This document shows, in pieces, positions 62,741 through 64,000 of a stretch of 64,000 nucleotides of DNA. A program made the translations under genes and the position numbers. Position 1 is the first letter of the stretch. Every line of letters starts with the position of its first letter. The stretch lies in the NCBI GenBank assembly GCA_025786725.1, contig JAHLTZ010000012.1:558001-622000 (forward strand). Reading direction: 5' to 3'. The DNA is from Syncephalis fuscata S228. Lineage: Eukaryota; Fungi; Zoopagomycota. Below the pieces are notes generated by a model, which worked only from the letters and a program-made list of their open reading frames with translations, ran no database searches and was not told where the DNA came from.

Positions 62741-64000
62741 TGCGATTTGTCATTGTTGATAATGTTGTATCTACATAGTTATCAGCACGATGGATATGTT
62801 GGCTATATGCGCTGTTATCTCGTCACCGATTGCCTTCTTTGTTCTTTCTTTCTATATATTTCATTAATTTACATTTTAAACGTAAGTTATTTCTTTAGAT
62901 TCTTAAATAAAGCTTATTACAATTTACTTAAACATACTATCGTTACTTATAACTATTAATCCAATGTATTATCAATTCTGCTAACTAATGGTGAATACAA
63001 ATCGACAAACGCTGTCTAAAAGTTCTTTCTTTATATTGAACATGTAACTGTAATCTATAACTCCAAGCCTCATTTTTGCATTTTATTTTAATAAACTAGT
63101 GTAGATCTAAATGAATAGCCAAAGAAATGGTATATTTAGCTATATGTTTACGCCATATATATATTTAAATAAAATCAACCATCACGTATAAATACTGATG
63201 TTCATATAAACATATGCATACGTGCATATCATTTGTATCGACAATCTTGGATTGTTGAATTCTAGACCACTGATGGTATGCGATGCTAGTCGCACCATGA
63301 TGATTGGTTGTCTGGATTACAATGAAGTTGCAGAGTACCATTGTCTGGTTTAAGAGCGTTGGACAAAGATTTTGCAGCCAGTCTGTCTCAGCTGTTTCAC
63401 CACCTTAGTATGGTAGGTAACTGAGCCATAGCTAGTTCCTATGCTTAGAATTAAACGAGTCGACACGCGTTTGCTTTGTTGTACGCGTCGAGTCACCATC
63501 CCGCGTATACTAGAATAGGAAAGCAAAGTTGAGATATTTTGGCTCACAAATTCACGATAGTATGACGATACGCTGTGTGTAGGCTATGCATATGAATGCA
63601 GCCTAGACGCGTCAATCAAGCATCACTTCATAGAAATGTACACGTAGATAGGCGACGAGAGAGAAAAAACTGTCGTTTGCATTAAATAGATTGGCGTTTT
63701 GATAATAACAATAGCAATATTACAATAATATTATTAAGTAGCAATATTCTATCATGTCTTTAATAATTATCTAATATACTAATAATAAATAATAAATACT
63801 ATTATCGATTGGTAAATACAGTCATCATTGTACTACTCTCAAGATACACAGAATGATAGATTATAGTTGACTTTTTTATCCAGCGATCGTGCATGAAGCA
63901 CTACTATATGTATTGCAACGACTACAGACTAGTCATGTCGGTATATCAGTCTCTTTAATAACAAATGGCAACGAATCGTCATCATGCTGCCAGGTGGCCT

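Noticed and set aside
1-64000. tRNA, rRNA, CRISPR arrays, intact transposase or reverse transcriptase
   Set aside because: None recognised by eye; tRNAscan-SE and Rfam scans were not run

Overview
Eukaryotic DNA from an intron-rich, AT-rich, early-diverging fungus (Zoopagomycota/Mucoromycota-like; this taxon call is inference from short 50-80 nt GT-AG introns and the gene families present). There are about 19 protein-coding genes: NAT1/NAA15, PDS5, an EF-hand protein, a small secreted peptide, MIC10, a B-type cyclin, STI1, a Boi1/Pob1-like SH3-SAM-PH(+CH) scaffold, ELP4, two Sec7-PH ARF-GEF-like genes, an F-box protein, a CDF zinc transporter, a DH-PH RhoGEF, a crotonase/ECI, a multi-TM protein and hypothetical genes. 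The main non-housekeeping feature is a decayed Fanzor1 (eukaryotic TnpB-like RuvC nuclease) gene at about 18.5-20.56 kb (-). It has a probable spliceosomal intron, and a ~290-nt multi-helix GC-rich island lies divergently about 250 bp upstream of it (candidate guide/omega-type RNA or element end). Other notable items: a U12-type AT-AC intron in ELP4; a hairpin-rich 5'UTR intron in the Boi gene whose internal splice sites lie inside hairpins; a Sec7 domain lacking the catalytic glutamate; a four-copy dispersed repeat with mosaic/gene-conversion signs; and a perfect terminator-like hairpin followed by T6. Several genes carry 1-nt frameshifts at homopolymers or microsatellites, most likely assembly errors. 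All folding was done by eye; no searches were run.
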